Of a stretch of DNA of 64,000 bases, positions 1-15,831 are shown in pieces; position 1 is the stretch's first letter, and every line of letters starts with the position of its first letter. Location of the stretch: contig NW_002060946.1 of NCBI RefSeq assembly GCF_000150275.1, positions 4,483,454 to 4,547,453 on the forward strand, read 5' to 3'. The DNA comes from Trichoplax adhaerens (Eukaryota > Animalia > Placozoa). Under the pieces are notes generated by a model, which saw only the letters and a program-made list of their open reading frames with translations, did no database searches and was not told the origin of the DNA. A program made the translations under genes and the position numbers.

Positions 1-1018
1 TGACCTCAAGGTGAAAGAGTTCAACTAGACCGCTTGAAAGAATACAAGTATCAAGGGATTATATACTATTAATATCATCTCCCTTGCAAGTACTGTAGTC
101 TCGAAAGGTTATATTAAATTTTTCAGTACCACATCAGATACTAGATACAAATAAAGTTCCTCGAACTTGAGTATATTTTTTGCAACTCTTTGGAATGAGG
201 TCTTTACGATAACTAGGGACTCCAAATATTAGAATCTGCTGAAATGTTCAGCTAATATAATAAAAGTAGCATAGTAATCACATTAATTATAGCGAATTTG
301 TTTTTAGTCTTACAATAATTTATCATACTGCATATACCTACCTACTTTATCACTTATTGTATATGTTATACAATTTTATAATAAAACATACAATTGCAAT
401 GAAGGCTTTGTCTGCGGTATTTATCGAAATCTGCAGTTGGCTGCTTTTACATATTTTTACATTATCATAACGGACCTGATGGGTGTCATTGAAAATATTA
501 AGGCGATAGCATAGCCATAACGCACAAGTGCCTATACGAAATATTTACGTACAAAAACTGTACACTAAACACAGACGTGATTTCATCGTCATTGGAAAGC
601 AATTTTGCATTTTAAACTAGTGCATCGGCACCATATATCGGACGGGTGGATATTGTACTGCATATATTATGTTATACAATACAGTACTCGTTTTACAGGC
701 TCTTGTCAACAAGAATATAGTATATTCAATCTTTTATTTTATATTATAAATAATTAATATATCTTATTTCATTTTTAAATGGATTATCTTGTATACAACT
801 AAATATATAGGAGTATCACGCGTTTACGTAAAAAATAGTTACCACAGTATTTGACACATTTTAATAACATTTCAAGTAGCTCCACCAGATAAAACTGTTA
901 CCTTTACAGCTACACATACGATCTCGGCGTCTGTAATTGATGATCCGAAAATCTGCTTACAAACTGATGAATAAATTCTATAGTATTTTCAAATTGAGAA
1001 GCTAAAATAATTTTACCT

Positions 1019-3177
1019 TCATTGCGTATCTGTATCATGAACCGGTCTTAACGAATTATAATGGTTACCGAGGGCATACTGATATTGATGAAAAGATAAT
1101 CTTATCTTATTTTCTACATCGTACTGCTCTCCAATGTTTATGATGGATCCATTGGCCTGATATATATCCACGGGTACGTTGTAAACATTAGACAATGCAA
1201 GGATCTACAGTCATCGAAAAATTTAGTGTATTGCTTTAGAAATATTGCGTTACACTGTAGATGATATTACATTTCACAATTTTTTCAGTGACATTTAATA
1301 TTCCATGCATAAGGAACCGTAATCACAGTGCGAAAATCTTACTTCTAATTGACCACCCCACTTTGCTGTTTCAGTGATATTTTGGCAATAGGATTTAAAC
1401 TCTTCTGTACGATCAAGTTAGAAGCATACAGTACATGTAAACATTTCGTAAAATTTTTAAGAACTGCGGAATAATTTCTGAACTCGATATACGAAGCTTT
1501 TTAAAATCATTATTTGCAATATTAAATTTGTCAAAGCACAAAAGTACTATACCAGATGCAAGAGAGCTATCATTTCCATCCAAAGCTATAAAAGGTACAA
1601 ATTCGCTTTCATGGGCTACCATATAGTCAGCTGTTTGTTGTCGAAGATCGCTAACTGTTGCCTACAGCCAGATAAATTTTTATATGAAGGATTAGACTAT
1701 TTATTATTAATTATTTCAGTATCCTTAGAACAACAAATTGTTATCGCTTTTATTCAATTGAGGGATGCCATGGAGGCACCGCATTATGTAATAAGTGTAT
1801 GATTTACTTTGATACCTTAGTTCCTAAGCGAGTATCGAGTTGGTCGGAAATAGCATAATATAAACTAAATGAAATACAAGTAAAATTTAACGAATTTTAC
1901 TGTTCTATTTAAAAGCATAGCAGTTAATCGATAAATTTGTCTAATTTGACACTTAAATATAAGACGAAAGATTATCTCAGGTGTTCAGTAAAGTAGACAC
2001 TGTAAGTCTTTGCAGGTATCACTTTTATTTGATACTAACCAATTTCCATCAGGGGGTACCTAGAAGAAGTAAAGTATTGCCTGAGTAAATATCTTGATAC
2101 AAATAGAAAGGATGACGTCGTACCTCAAACATTATCAATTTATATTTGTTTTGTATATCTTGAAACTTTCGAATTTCTAAATTTCGATCAGAATTAATAT
2201 TTTCTGCTTCAGCTTCAGTAATTCTCTGCTGCCGCTCACGTTCTTTAGCTGCTTGCTTTTCCTAACGTGTATGAAATACTTTATTATGTTCACAAAAGGA
2301 GTGCACATTAAAAGACCTATATGCGTACACGTAGGTGTAGTATTTGTGACATTTACAGACAAGACTATTACATCTCAGAACTTAGTGCTATAGTTTCTAC
2401 GTACACGCCTCTTTTCAGCCCTTGATATCCTTGCAGTAGAAGTATTCTTTTCATTCTTTTCATTAGAATTTGAAATCTCCAAATTATTTTCATCCTACGA
2501 TAGCGTTACAATTAGTTTATAATACCCAATATAGCCGTAGTAATCATCTTCAATCTCTATTTACAAGATGTCTGGAGACTTAATATATACATATAATTAT
2601 ACTGTCTATAGCACAATTGCAGATATCATAATTATCCATTTATATCGAGTAAATTTCATATAATTTGTCATTCAAATGTAGCATTATGATACGAACTTGA
2701 GTGTCTGGGGATTGTGCTTTCAGAGCTTTTAATTCAGCTTCGTGACGCTGAGTCAATTCCAATTCCAGCTGTGCTACTTCAGCTGAAACGAATTTTTTCT
2801 TTTTCTTGTCACCTTTAGGAACAGCATGTTTCAGCTTCTGTGTTTTAGCTATTGAATAATTGAGTAAAAGTTTTAAAGATATCCATCCGCAACAATAGCC
2901 CAATTTCTCTACCTTTCTTATTACTTTCCAAACTGTGCACAGTTGACGCATTTATGGATCAGTACTGTATAGAGCTCAATATCTTTGCTAGCAACAGTTC
3001 CAGCTGTGCACGTCTGCAGTACGATAGTGATTGAGCTTATAAGCTATACAGTATAAATCCAAGCTGGAGTTAATCCTATATAATCAATACGAGGTTACCT
3101 TGCAGTTCTTTCCTTTCTAATTTATGTCTATCGAGTAGCTGCTGCAATTCTGAAACTTCTCCGTCGTTTTCTGCCAT
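1019..3177 (-). CDS. OTUD6B: OTU-domain deubiquitinase OTUD6B-like (9 coding exons)
   Basis: Spliced reconstruction: MAENDGEVSELQQLLDRHKLERKELQ/AKTQKLKHAVPKGDKKKKK...; catalytic VPPDGNCLYYAISDQL; WGGQLE; YALGNHYNSL. All junctions GT-AG. Stop TGA at 1019-1021. Confidence 0.93.
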
Positions 3178-3369
3178 TTTCATTGAAACAGAAATAGGCA
3201 ACTGCTGCAGTGCTATGGTTACTGCTGTCAGTCACGGTTTACACCCATACAGGCAGTGGAGATATACAGTGCAGTACCGTAAACTGCTGTTCTTGCTCGT
3301 TCCTGCTAGAGACTATAATGTAATGTATTAACAGAATTCAGACGGAAAGACGAACTCAGAAGTCCCGAA

Positions 3370-3460
3370 TCCAGTACAGTACAGAGCAACCATAGAATTG
3401 CTTACAGTACAGTACTGTAAAGTGTACTGTGCACTGTACACTGTACAGTACAGTACTGCA
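3370..3460. promoter_or_regulatory. TACAGTA/TACTGTA motif cluster upstream of OTUD6B
   Basis: Dense overlapping quasi-palindromic TACAGTAC/GTACTGTA/CTGTACA repeats about 200-280 bp upstream of the ATG. Regulatory role is inferred. Confidence 0.45.
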
Positions 3461-4519
3461 TTTATCGATGATGTCATCTTATTAGGATCATCAATGAATC
3501 ATCACTTTTATTTGATTTCATCAACATGCACGCATTGAAATCGAAATTTTAGTATTCGACTCGACGTTCTACTGTAGATATTCGTACAACCAGTGCATAT
3601 AGACAGTACTGCTGATCCTAGAGAGATTTTAGTCAATAACAGAGACTGTTGCTGTACACTTTACAAATTGGTCCTTTTAATGTTCTGACTTCCAAGTTAT
3701 CTATTTTCGTAACTAGTACTGGCATTTATTTATTTTAAGTTCAATATATATTTTAATATTATTTTGAAGTCAAGCACTGCACTGCCTAGTATCTGCAGAT
3801 TGCATATCTTCTGAATTAGAAGTGCTGATACAAACGGTTATACAAACTAATGGGTTAAAATGATAAAGATCACCTTTACATTTAATCATACAAGTATACA
3901 GCAAGTTATCATAGACTGAGAGATATGCCAAGCAAGAATGAGATCTGCCAAAATTGGCATGAGAGTTAGGTTAAATAGGAAATATGCGTAGTATGGAGAT
4001 GACTTTATTAAGAGGTTATTAAGGAAAGAAATCATTGTAACTATAAATATCTCGACTATCCTCAAAAATGAATAGAGTAGATGTATATATATTCGTACAT
4101 TGTATTATGTGCTCCTACAGGCATTGAAGGTATAGGATTTTTTCCCTCCATTTAAAATGGTAATAGCATATTATCTCGCGAAAAGTTCATCTAGATAACC
4201 ATTCAAAATTTAGTAACAGCTTGGTAATATCAGCTTCTATAATTAGAACCACTACGGGGCGTCGTACATGCAAACATTTAGCCGCACCTGCAACAGATAA
4301 TTAATAAATAACGTACGAATAATTCGATATAACAGCTAAGAAAAAGAGAGACAATCGGGCTACATTATACAGACCCAACGCTCGTATAAAAAAGGAACAT
4401 ATGTTTGCTGATGAATACAGTTGAAGAGTACACATTATTTAACCATTAGTCAATAGCTGTAGTAGAATCGAATATCAACATCGATTTGGACTACCCCATG
4501 TTGTTTCGTTTGATGAACA

Positions 4520-4885
4520 TTTGTACCGTACCGTACGTACAGTACATTCAGTAGACAGGTACAGTAGCCAGAGTACCATACCGAGTACTGTAATGTACAG
4601 TATATAGTACTGTACTACACCGTAGGGACACTCCATACTCATTACTGTAGATGAGGGGTGACTGCTTTCCAGTCTACAACGCTAAGGCATGACTGAGCTA
4701 GTAGAGTCCAACGATACAGATGATCTACAGTACCGTAGATGGTACAAAACACTACGCGTACCGTCGTCCGTCCCGATCTTATACTGTATGACGTATTGTG
4801 GGGAAAGCTAGTTAAAAACTGCTGGTCAGGCGTAAAGGTGCAGTTGGACGGTGTGAACTCAGTACAGTACGGTAGAGTACTGCTT
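4520..4885. promoter_or_regulatory. TACAGTA/TACCGTA motif cluster upstream of GABARAPL2
   Basis: Many TACAGTA, TACTGTA and TACCGTA copies 100-470 bp upstream of ATG 4987, in a locally GC-richer tract. Confidence 0.45.
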
Positions 4886-4986
4886 TGACGTGTATCTTGA
4901 TTTTACTCAAACGCTGAAATTGTTGTTATCGTCATAATATTTATCCTGACTTTTTTTTGATCAAGAGAAAGTGAACAAGAATCAGA

Positions 4987-7164
<2,178 letters not shown>

Positions 7165-8434
7165 GCCTGTACCGAAAACATTACCTGACCACGAACAGAA
7201 AAAAAGGACATTGTTACTGAATCATACTTTTATTAGAATCAGCTGAATGAAAGCTATTACTTTCCTAGTCATGAACAACAATCGTCTATAATTAAATTAA
7301 TTCAGTGATACTGTATAGGTTATACTATATTACTTTATTTAGCTACCTTCGACATCGACGCACGCAATAACATTTATCAACTCCTAAAGTCTAGACAATG
7401 TTAGGATTTATACCTGCGGTATTAATGATTATCATTATAATATTACTTAGTACTTGACTACTTGTTATAGGATTTGTACGCAGAATTAATTTTGCATTAT
7501 ATCTAACTTGCTATTACATTGTGTAGAAATACTACGTACATTTAAAATTGTGGTAGTAAAATGTTTACCTGCATTCTGATGAGTTTCTACGTTTTAAAAT
7601 GTCAACGAGTATTAGCAATAATACACAATTCCAGCGGTAATACATTCCCGATTGCTTCAGTACTTGTCATCTGTTTGTGTACTAGTGCTATATCTAGACA
7701 TTTCGTGAATACATTTGCAACTACGAAAACTTCGTTATTCACAAGTCGACAAGTCGAGTTTACTGTAAGCTCTCACTGATTGCTACTTATATCCTAACTA
7801 CGCCGATAGAGAAATGTTATTCATTACGTACAAGTTAGTTATGGCTCAATAGCAGTAATTCTCTGTAACTATGGTAACCTGTAAGACATTTTAGACGTTT
7901 TGTGTTCTAATAACTATCTTACAAACGCTATTTAGATGATATCAGTCGCAGATGTAGCACATGCAAGTGAGGTAATTTGGATTGTACAGAAGTAATGTCA
8001 CTATAATAAAGATCCAAGGAATCCAATTAAAACATTCATTTCGTGACGTACAATTCCTTTGACTCTTTTTCGTATTGGGATCTCTCACGTAAAACATCCA
8101 TCAATTAAGTTACCTTAATGTATCCACGTAGGAATTAATAAGTTACATGTACATCAACGTAAAATCGGTCAAAATATCGTCTAGTAACACAATCAAGCCT
8201 AATTATTACATTTATTCAGTGAAAAGTTTTTAAAACTGATTAGCAAAAGTAAACATTACGTGGCATTATCGATTATAGGAATAATCGCATTGAATTTCAT
8301 CTATCTATGTACACCGTCCATAAATTTACCCAACTGTATTACGATTTTTCCGGATATACAAATATAAAACAATCGAAAATAGAAGCTAAAATATTTTTAT
8401 CAAAACAAAATATAAATAGTAAAATATTTCTTAA

Positions 8435-10883
8435 TTATACAGTTTCATTATGACTAGTCACATTATCAGCTAAATCAACTGAAAAAGATTCAAGAGATGT
8501 TGGTTTCCTAGGCCAGTAAGGAAATCTCTCGAAAAATTTTTCTCTGGCTCGGCGATATTCTGCAGATGCTATTTTGTAGTGAATGTAAGTCGTGAGTTCA
8601 GTATCCCTAGTATCAAGAAATTAAAAAGCTTGCAGTCCAGATTGCACAAAATGACAGAGTAAATTAATTTAACATCCTTACTGTAATGTTCTTGGTATAT
8701 TATCAGCATTAGTCGATTTAATGGCCCTCAAGAATGATTTAAAAAGTTCGTATTTGCAAATATAGCACCTTCATGTAATGTGTTCACATAATACAAGTTA
8801 GAAGATATCATTTGTGTAAGGATCTAGTTGAAATAAGTTTAAGCCGTGATGTTAACCTTGCTTTTGGAGAGGCTGCATTTTTTTTTGAAAACCCTTGTCG
8901 TCGTCCATCAACTACCACCTGCTGCTGGCACGTATCATCGCTACACCATATTATACCTAAGATGATAAGATATCATATGAATCATACTCTTATTCTATTT
9001 AAAGAAGTAAATTTCAACTACTGCAATACCTGAAGAGCATATCGAGGGTTGCAAGGAGCTTCTGTCATTACATCGTTTAATAACTTCTGCTTTACATTCC
9101 TCAAAGACACTAGAAATTTGTAATAGTAACGGCTCATTGACTTTGTATCCTTGAGGTAAATCATTAATATTCAGAATGCGATCATACACTGCTCTTTTGA
9201 GCGCTGTTTCACTATAAGGGCAACTTGCGATAATAATCGATGATAGATAAATAGGGGGGTGTATAAAGTGCGATAACAAAGCCCCCTGTAAACCAAGGAC
9301 GTTCCACTTTGCAATTTTATCGCTACAGGATGTTGATAAAGTAGGGTCTCCTCGTCCTGGTTTAGTACGGACTACGCCTAATACATGATAATTTACACCA
9401 GGGAGGCAGGGATCTTGAGCTGCTCGAGGGACACATTTTGCTCCAGTACGATATATATCCATGAATTTATCAGACCATGTACGCAACTCTTTAGATAATT
9501 TGGCTTGATAATGCAAAATACCATTACCTAAGCCGGTTTCAATAAAAGAGTCATCCCTCTTACTTTCTGTATCTTCAGTGCGTAACTTCTTATTGACACT
9601 GCCGCGTTCGACATCTGGAATGCTTCTATAAATACTATTTCCTATAACAGTTCCTTCATTTTCTGTTTTATCAATTGGCCTTTTGATATTTGAGTTACAT
9701 TCTAAAATATCAATAAATTCTTTATCTCCTACACTTTCTGGTCCTTTTGGAAAAATAGATGCGTCACCACCTATAAAGGATATTTACAAATACAGAAGTA
9801 CGAATATAATGAACCATATAATACGAAATAAGTAAATATTTAGATGTTATCGTTTTCATTATCTTACATGGTGTATGGCTAATGAATAGGTGAAAAGTTA
9901 CATTGTCTCGTAACCGGTAAAATCTTTTTTCAGAATTATAGCAAAATATGCTCTTCTTATCAGACTTGGTTAAACTCAGTTGATGGTACAGATATCTACA
10001 ATAATAATATAAAACAATTTCAGCTTGATACTTAGAAATTTGTCATTATAATACAAAAACTTTATACTGAACGTCACTTTCGTATAAAAATTGTATAGCA
10101 ATTCATTCTTTCACCTTAAGAATGCTCTTCGTGCAAGAACCTCCGCATGGCTGTCATTTACTCTACCACCTTAAAAAGAAAAATAATAAACCGCATCAAA
10201 CTTCACAGATAAAATATTCATATACGCGTAGTCATCATTATTATATAATTGATCAAAGTAACCTCGTAAATTGATGCCTTACCATCAGCCGGTATTTGAT
10301 TTCTTCCTAAGCATTTCGATCCAGTTCCCATTGCTACAACAGTCATTTCTTAATTTCATTTGACAATAATGGTAATTAGGAGTAAGAATACGAAATAAAC
10401 ATTATTACGATATAGATATTGTTGATTCATCGGAATATATTATTTTAAGTCTAAAAAATGAAGCTGTATTCTTCAGAAAACCTCAGTAATATCGATACCA
10501 AGGTAATAAATGTATTAATAAAAGTGATATTATACAGTAATGACTGTAGCAGTAAGAGATTAATGATGGATTGACTCTTTAACATATTTATCACGATTTC
10601 AACTCTAGTTACGATAGGTACAGCTACAGAATGTAATTTATTCATGATTACAATTTTGCATGCACGATATTTTCAACTTGTTCTATTCTCAATCTGTACC
10701 ATTTTTGGCCTGCGATCCGCGAAGAGATACAGCTTCTGATTTGACAATAGCGGCCATAACAGTCCATTCTCGACCAGCTTGCGGTTTGCCTGATTTCTTA
10801 AGCTTGCATCGGTAGAAATTTAGGCATAACGAACCTAGTCTTTCAGCAAAATCAGCATCTGCTTCTGGGCTAGCTTGCCACAT
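8435..10883 (-). CDS. ADAT1: tRNA-specific adenosine deaminase 1 (A37 of tRNA-Ala), 8 exons
   Basis: Motifs [88 protein letters not shown]. No dsRBD, so ADAT1 rather than ADAR. Confidence 0.93.
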
Positions 10884-11313
10884 AACAATTTTAGCTAACT
10901 TATTTACTTTACAACACACTTTAAGATTTGAGCATTCGTTTCCTCCATATCAGGTAAAAGCATAGAGAAAGAGCAAAATAAGTCTACAATTTCTTACTTC
11001 CAAGGCTTCAGCAACAAATCCAGGTGCTAACAGTATCCATGGTTGCTCAATTGTGCATAGCCTTTAGGCACGTCCAATAACTGAAGCTAAACTTCAGCAT
11101 CATACATAAACATCCTCTCAATTCTATGCAATAACTACAGTATAACCAGGGAGCGCTGTTACGAGCACAATATAGTATCATTATTGATAGAAACTAGACA
11201 CTACAGTCTACTACAACCAACTATTGTCAGGGAGAGAATGATCAACATGGAGTACTTGACTATAATACGCAGGCGCAAAAGTGGAATATTTCCATGGAAA
11301 TCTTCTAGCAGTC

Positions 11314-13378
11314 ATGGCGGTTTATACTGTTTATAGTAGCCCGGTTTATCAACATTACACGGCAAGTGTTTGCTCCAAAGCTACCATATTTTTGCTATGT
11401 TGTATTATCTTAACCTTTATTCCACCGCTAATCTTAGCTTGGTATAGTCAAGGTAAGGCTAACGAAAGTATTAGCGAGAATAATTCCGAGTTAAAATTTC
11501 TAGAAAACGTAATGACGATATTTGAAATAATTTCATACACATTCTATAAAACTTCTGTAATGTCGAATAGGATACAATATAGTATAAGATGAAGCAATAC
11601 AGAAGCTTTTACGTTATTATCATGTCGTATATGCTATAAAATCATGTAATATCCATAGGAGATGATCGTTCTATACTTTACCATCGTAAAGCGCACTACT
11701 TACTGTACGTTATGCGCTATTCTGACCCATCCACTATTTACTAAGCTAAAGTTGGCTTATGTGATAGTATTTTTCAGATTATAAGAATTTCACAGTTACA
11801 TAAAGTTCTCTTTTTCACTGTAAGAATTACCTTAGTTACATTACTGTATAAAATCTAATAAGTTAGTTATTTACGAACTAATACACACAAAGATACAGAT
11901 ACGGTGGTGTACAACACTTAATATTCGCGCATTTACCGATATTTCGGAACTCTAATAACTACAACTATATAGTTTTATTGCCACTACTTTTTATATTACT
12001 ATACCAGTAAAATTTGTATCAAATATCCTTTTTTACCAAAATATTTCTGATTTAGGCTATCTTATAAGGTTACAATCTATGACATATCTATGCTAATCCA
12101 ATTTCTTGTAAATGTACTGCAGAGGCTGAACCATACGAGACTGTATAATTTAGTCTAGAGTAACTACAGTTAGCTGAAATTTCTGATGTATCCGTCGCAT
12201 ATATACAGCTATACACAATAATCTATACTTACATCGCTACTTATGTATTAAGGATTCTGGATCCGAGAAAGCACTTTCAGAGAACAGCCTGATGTACGAT
12301 TTAAGCATGACATAATCATGGTCTTGCAGGGCGATACTCCTGATTCACAATTAATTTGGAGTACGTATAGAAATCTTAATTTGTTAATGGAAAGCAAGCT
12401 AAGAGTTCCGCTTGTTCAGGTAAAAGCATACCAAAATTATAAATACCTTCTATCTAAATCGCTAATTTATAAAAAGCTGCTTAAATTTTTCTGCCAATTA
12501 GACTTCAGAAACAGACAGCAATCGCGATGGCCTGTACGACTACCTCGACTTTACGATTGAAGTACCAATGACTGGAACTGACTCAGTTTACCAGCTTCAA
12601 TTACTATTCACATTCGACTATAGATTATATGTAATAATACCTTACATACCGTATTACGAATTTAATGTTTTAATTCTATAGTGATTACAACATTGATTTA
12701 CAATATTAATTCTATTAACAGAAATATCCAACCTTTACTATGGAATCTATGGCCTACATTCACTACTCATCCGCAGTAGCTGGGGCTGAATTTTATACTG
12801 TAGGAGATTTACGATTTCACCAAAAGTATCCTTTGCCTAGTTCTGGAATTTATTCCGTTAACAATGTAAGATGCATGATCGAAATTTACACTTACATAAG
12901 CTAACACTATCGTATCGAATTCATCGTACTTTATTACGTCTATTGCATTTAGAAGCCTGTAGTAAATAGTTCAAGTATTTATACCTCGTCATGGAAATTA
13001 TCCTCAATTTTTTCGGAATATTCAACTAGAAATGGTAAGCTTACAGTAGTAAATTTTATGCACTCGTTCTTATCAAATAACATGAATTAATTATACATTT
13101 TACTAACATATCTTACAGAAACAACCAATTACATATCGCATTCTCCGGTGTGGGTCTCAGGAAAGGCACCAGAACAAGCATTTAATATAAGCGGAAGAAT
13201 TTATTATCCAGAAGAGACCATAATCTTTCGACCTGGATTTTGGCAGCTCATTAAATGGGGATGGGTTCAGTACTTGTCCGTACTATTAATCTTTCTATTT
13301 ATTTTTAACAAGGTTAAACGTTTCGTATTTCTCAATCAACTGATCAACGTCATACCGAAGAAATATCACGCTGAATAA
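11314..13378 (+). CDS. TMEM231: Ciliary transition-zone transmembrane protein TMEM231 (6 exons)
   Basis: Approximate exons 11314-11452, 12253-12419, 12502-12630, 12722-12865, 12953-13034, 13119-13378. Diagnostic segments: PPLILAWYSQGFWIRESTFREQPDVRFKH, DSNRDGLYD, FRPGFWQLIKWGWVQYLSVLLIF. Confidence 0.92.
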
Positions 13379-15469
13379 ATATTTCCTCTAGTTCGTACGA
13401 AAATCTTACGTATTACCCATCGATGGCAATGATAATGGAAGTTCAACATATGTAGACTTATTGAAATTTCTACTGGAATTTTGCTTATCTAGTAAATTCA
13501 AATGATATTAAAGTTGTTAGAGCATTGGTATTAAGAGAATGGTAGGGAATTTTAATAATAACCGTTGATGCTACTACGATTGATGAGTTCGTTAACTAGT
13601 TTAATTAATGTTGAAATTACAGATTACCTAAATTACTGTTCATTAGAATTTACTAACTGTTTGATTTAAATGAAAAAATTATTTTAGTTACCGGATATTC
13701 TAGATAGAACGTAGAAATTGTAAAATAAAAATTTTCAGCTGTTATTGTAATAAGATAAGAATATTCTATCCAAGTAATGCATTTACATGATATACTAATT
13801 GTTTATCTATACTAAATGACTACCAAATTTCATGTTAACATCACGACTTTTGTAAATTTTCTTCTTTTTATTTTATTATTTGTTATCACTTACATGGACT
13901 TCTAGATTTTACACGAAGTCCATGTCACTAGACATATCTGCATTCCACTATATGTATGTACAGTTTCAAGTAGAATCTGTATGAAATATTTTAGCTTTAG
14001 AGAGATAATCAGCGGTTAACAGCTGCAATGTTCGGTCTTCCATAAATCATCATAGGAAATAGCGAAATCTGTCTTGGTCTGTTATTAAATATATCGTAAA
14101 TGAAGGATGGGCCCAATATTGTTACCAGTGGAATCATGCAGTATTACTTTCTTCAGTATTGCATTTATGTAATGTACTTAAACAGTTTCTTATCGGATAC
14201 TAAGAACTTTTTGAGATTATGGCAAATAAATATCCATATTTCATAACAAAGTTAAGCTGATAACCTGTGATCAATTGAAAAGCTAAGAAAATTATTTACT
14301 TGAATTTAAAAGATGGTCATTAATTTATTTCCCTAATCAGTAACTAAGAAGGCCAATTTTGCATGCTTCTTCATACATCATTGCAGAACATTCCATTTTG
14401 TGCAGCCTGTCGCATTACATACTATATTACGAAAGTCTTTTTTGGAAAATGACTGTAGCCTCTATCTTCTCGGTATTAATCGATAAATATACTTAGCATA
14501 TATATATACTATTTATTATTAATAGTATAAATAGAAGTAGTTTGAATTGGACTTAGTTTAACAGATTGATAAAGCAAAAAATTAACTGTACAATAAACAA
14601 TGAATAGACGATTCAAATTTTCCTGCTAGGCGTCTTTAATTAAAGCAGTGGGTGGGAAAATTCTAGTCAGGTATGAATTTATCAGGAATTGTTCAGCTAA
14701 GAGAACTGCTCCTGCATGCTGTAAAGTATAAAGTACTCTTACATTCTACAGCAAGTAGGAGTAGTTTTGTGATTGGTACAGTAGTTAGTGTTTTCGGTTT
14801 CTACTAGACATATTTGTTGCCAGGAGCATGCTAAAGTTTGCGGATTTCCGAATCAACTTGCACTTATTAGAAGACCATCTATATAGGAACGAATGCTGTA
14901 TCAGCAATTTGGTACTATTACACAGACTTTATTTTAGGAGGCAACCTGTATAGGAATGTATGCTGTATATGCAACTTCGTATAACATTATTAACATATGG
15001 AGTTTTATCGACGCATGATGAATTCAAGAAATGCATCTACTGTAGACTGCGGTATTAAACTCTAGCCAAGCATAGTAAATATTGGCCATTTAATAGATGC
15101 TCTTACATTAATAGTGCGATACGAGTATATACCACGGTGTAATTGCTGTATTCTCATCATTGCATGGATACTATCTACGTTTTAATATAGCGTCTCATAC
15201 ACAGCCCTATGGACATATGACACCATATTATGACAGCACCCGAGAGCAATTTGCTGTTGTACTAATTATTTTATGATCATTTATTTATTTTAACCAAAGT
15301 ACTCTACTTATAGACGACTCAATTGCTCTACGCACAGAAAGTAGATCATCTCAGGTTATAGCGTTGGATTTAGTGATTGCAATCATCCATATCATCTCGA
15401 TCTTGGCCACTCTAAAGTTTGTACGGTATCTTATACGACTAACAGATAGTCATACTTCGAAGTATTAAC

Positions 15470-15725
15470 GTAGGCTAGGCGTTGATTACCGATTTGAGGA
15501 AAGTTAGTCAAATCTTTCAAAACCATCACAGTTTACCATATATCTATACCCAAATCTTACAAATTAAGGAGTTATTTCTCGTAGACGATCATCATACAGG
15601 TGATAACTGATCATATTATGAATGTAGGTTAGGTATTGATCACGAATTTGAGGAAAATAGATCAAATCTTTCAAGCAATCAAAGCTTATCAAATCTTACA
15701 AGTTGGCGGTTATTTCTTGTAGATT
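15470..15725. repeat. Degenerate direct repeat, ~155-bp unit, 2 copies
   Basis: taggctaggcgttgattaccgatttgaggaaagttagtcaaatctttcaa (15471) versus taggttaggtattgatcacgaatttgaggaaaatagatcaaatctttcaa (15626). Confidence 0.7.
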
Positions 15726-15831
15726 ACCATCTAGGATATCAGCAATCGTGAAATAAGAAAAAGATCTTCATCCATTCATTCTCTATTACACTATTAGCAC
15801 TTACTACAATACTATCGTAAGTCTCATCGAG

